This document shows positions 63,269-64,000 of a stretch of 64,000 nucleotides of DNA, piece after piece. The position numbers and the translations under genes were made by a program. The DNA comes from Dipteris shenzhenensis. Its lineage: Eukaryota. How positions within the stretch are numbered: the first letter of the stretch is position 1; each line of letters begins with the position of its first letter. The DNA lies in the NCBI GenBank assembly GCA_047967505.1, contig CM106538.1; one strand, written 5' to 3'. The notes under the pieces were generated by a model. It saw nothing but the letters and a program-made list of their open reading frames with translations. It was not told the origin of the DNA and made no database searches.

Positions 63269-64000
63269 AGCAGGACGAGGCGCAGGACCATGAGCACAGA
63301 GATAGCCCATCTTGCCAGAGAGCACCGATGGTTCCACCCCGAGGATGTACATATGACATGATCCGGCAGCACCGCAGGATGATCTTACACAGAGGCCGTA
63401 CCCGTCGCTTTATTTCTAGACGACGGAGGATGATGGCAGATTTTCGGAGGAGATTGCTCCATGGAGACTTGGCACCGCCAGCAGCCCATTTGACACTTGC
63501 CCAGATCTTCACACTCATGGCAGGAGGCATGGTCGATGGCCATGACTTCCATCATTTCTTTGGATCACAGACCCCTTAGGGAAGACGATGTTCCTCATAT
63601 TCCATATTTTACATTTTGTATCTAGGCAATTTTGGTACTCTATTTCATTTCATTTTGTATCTAGGATTTTTGTAGCCATTTTTGGCATCTTAGCGGTATT
63701 ACGATGAGGCCACCTAGTTGGCGCATCGTTGATGATGTATTTTCCTTTCGGATGATTTTGTGTCCCATAGGCCATGTATGGCCTTCCGTGGACCTTTAAT
63801 AAAATTTCTTTCTTTCTTTCTTTCTCTCTCTGAGCGAGAAGGGAAGCTTTTCGAGACAACATGCCTTAATTTTATAAGAGTTATCATTTATATGCAGAGT
63901 GAACATTTGACCATGCTTTCTCATCAATGTGAAATGTTTTTGCGTACCTCATACATAGCATATGTCTTGACTCTCCATGGCAGGATTCTCGCACCTACAA

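Overview
Eukaryotic (plant) nuclear DNA that is almost entirely nested transposable elements. Element style and a very long intron suggest a large-genome vascular plant such as a fern, but that is inference only. 1.8-32.5 kb is a CACTA (En/Spm) cluster: one diverged TnpD remnant plus five pieces (A-E) of a single family with 16-bp TIR CACTACAAGGCATAGG and 14-bp palindromic motifs TCGCTATATAGCGA. In this family the TnpD and TnpA-like genes point away from each other, with an internal cluster of the same palindromes between them. The TnpA 5'-UTR intron has expanded in one copy into a ~3.6 kb hairpin satellite that includes a perfect 74-bp-stem palindrome. 36.3-46.6 kb is an old Copia element with a young full-length Copia inserted into it (298-bp LTRs, 1 mismatch, TSD TACCA, two coding lesions). 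The only host gene recognised is exon 1 of a BOR-family boron transporter (50263-50369). Its putative intron 1 runs off the window and holds a full-length L1-type LINE (16-bp TSD, polyA) head-to-head with an older relative; both keep an ATGA ORF1-stop/ORF2-start overlap. Similarities were judged by eye; no searches were run.
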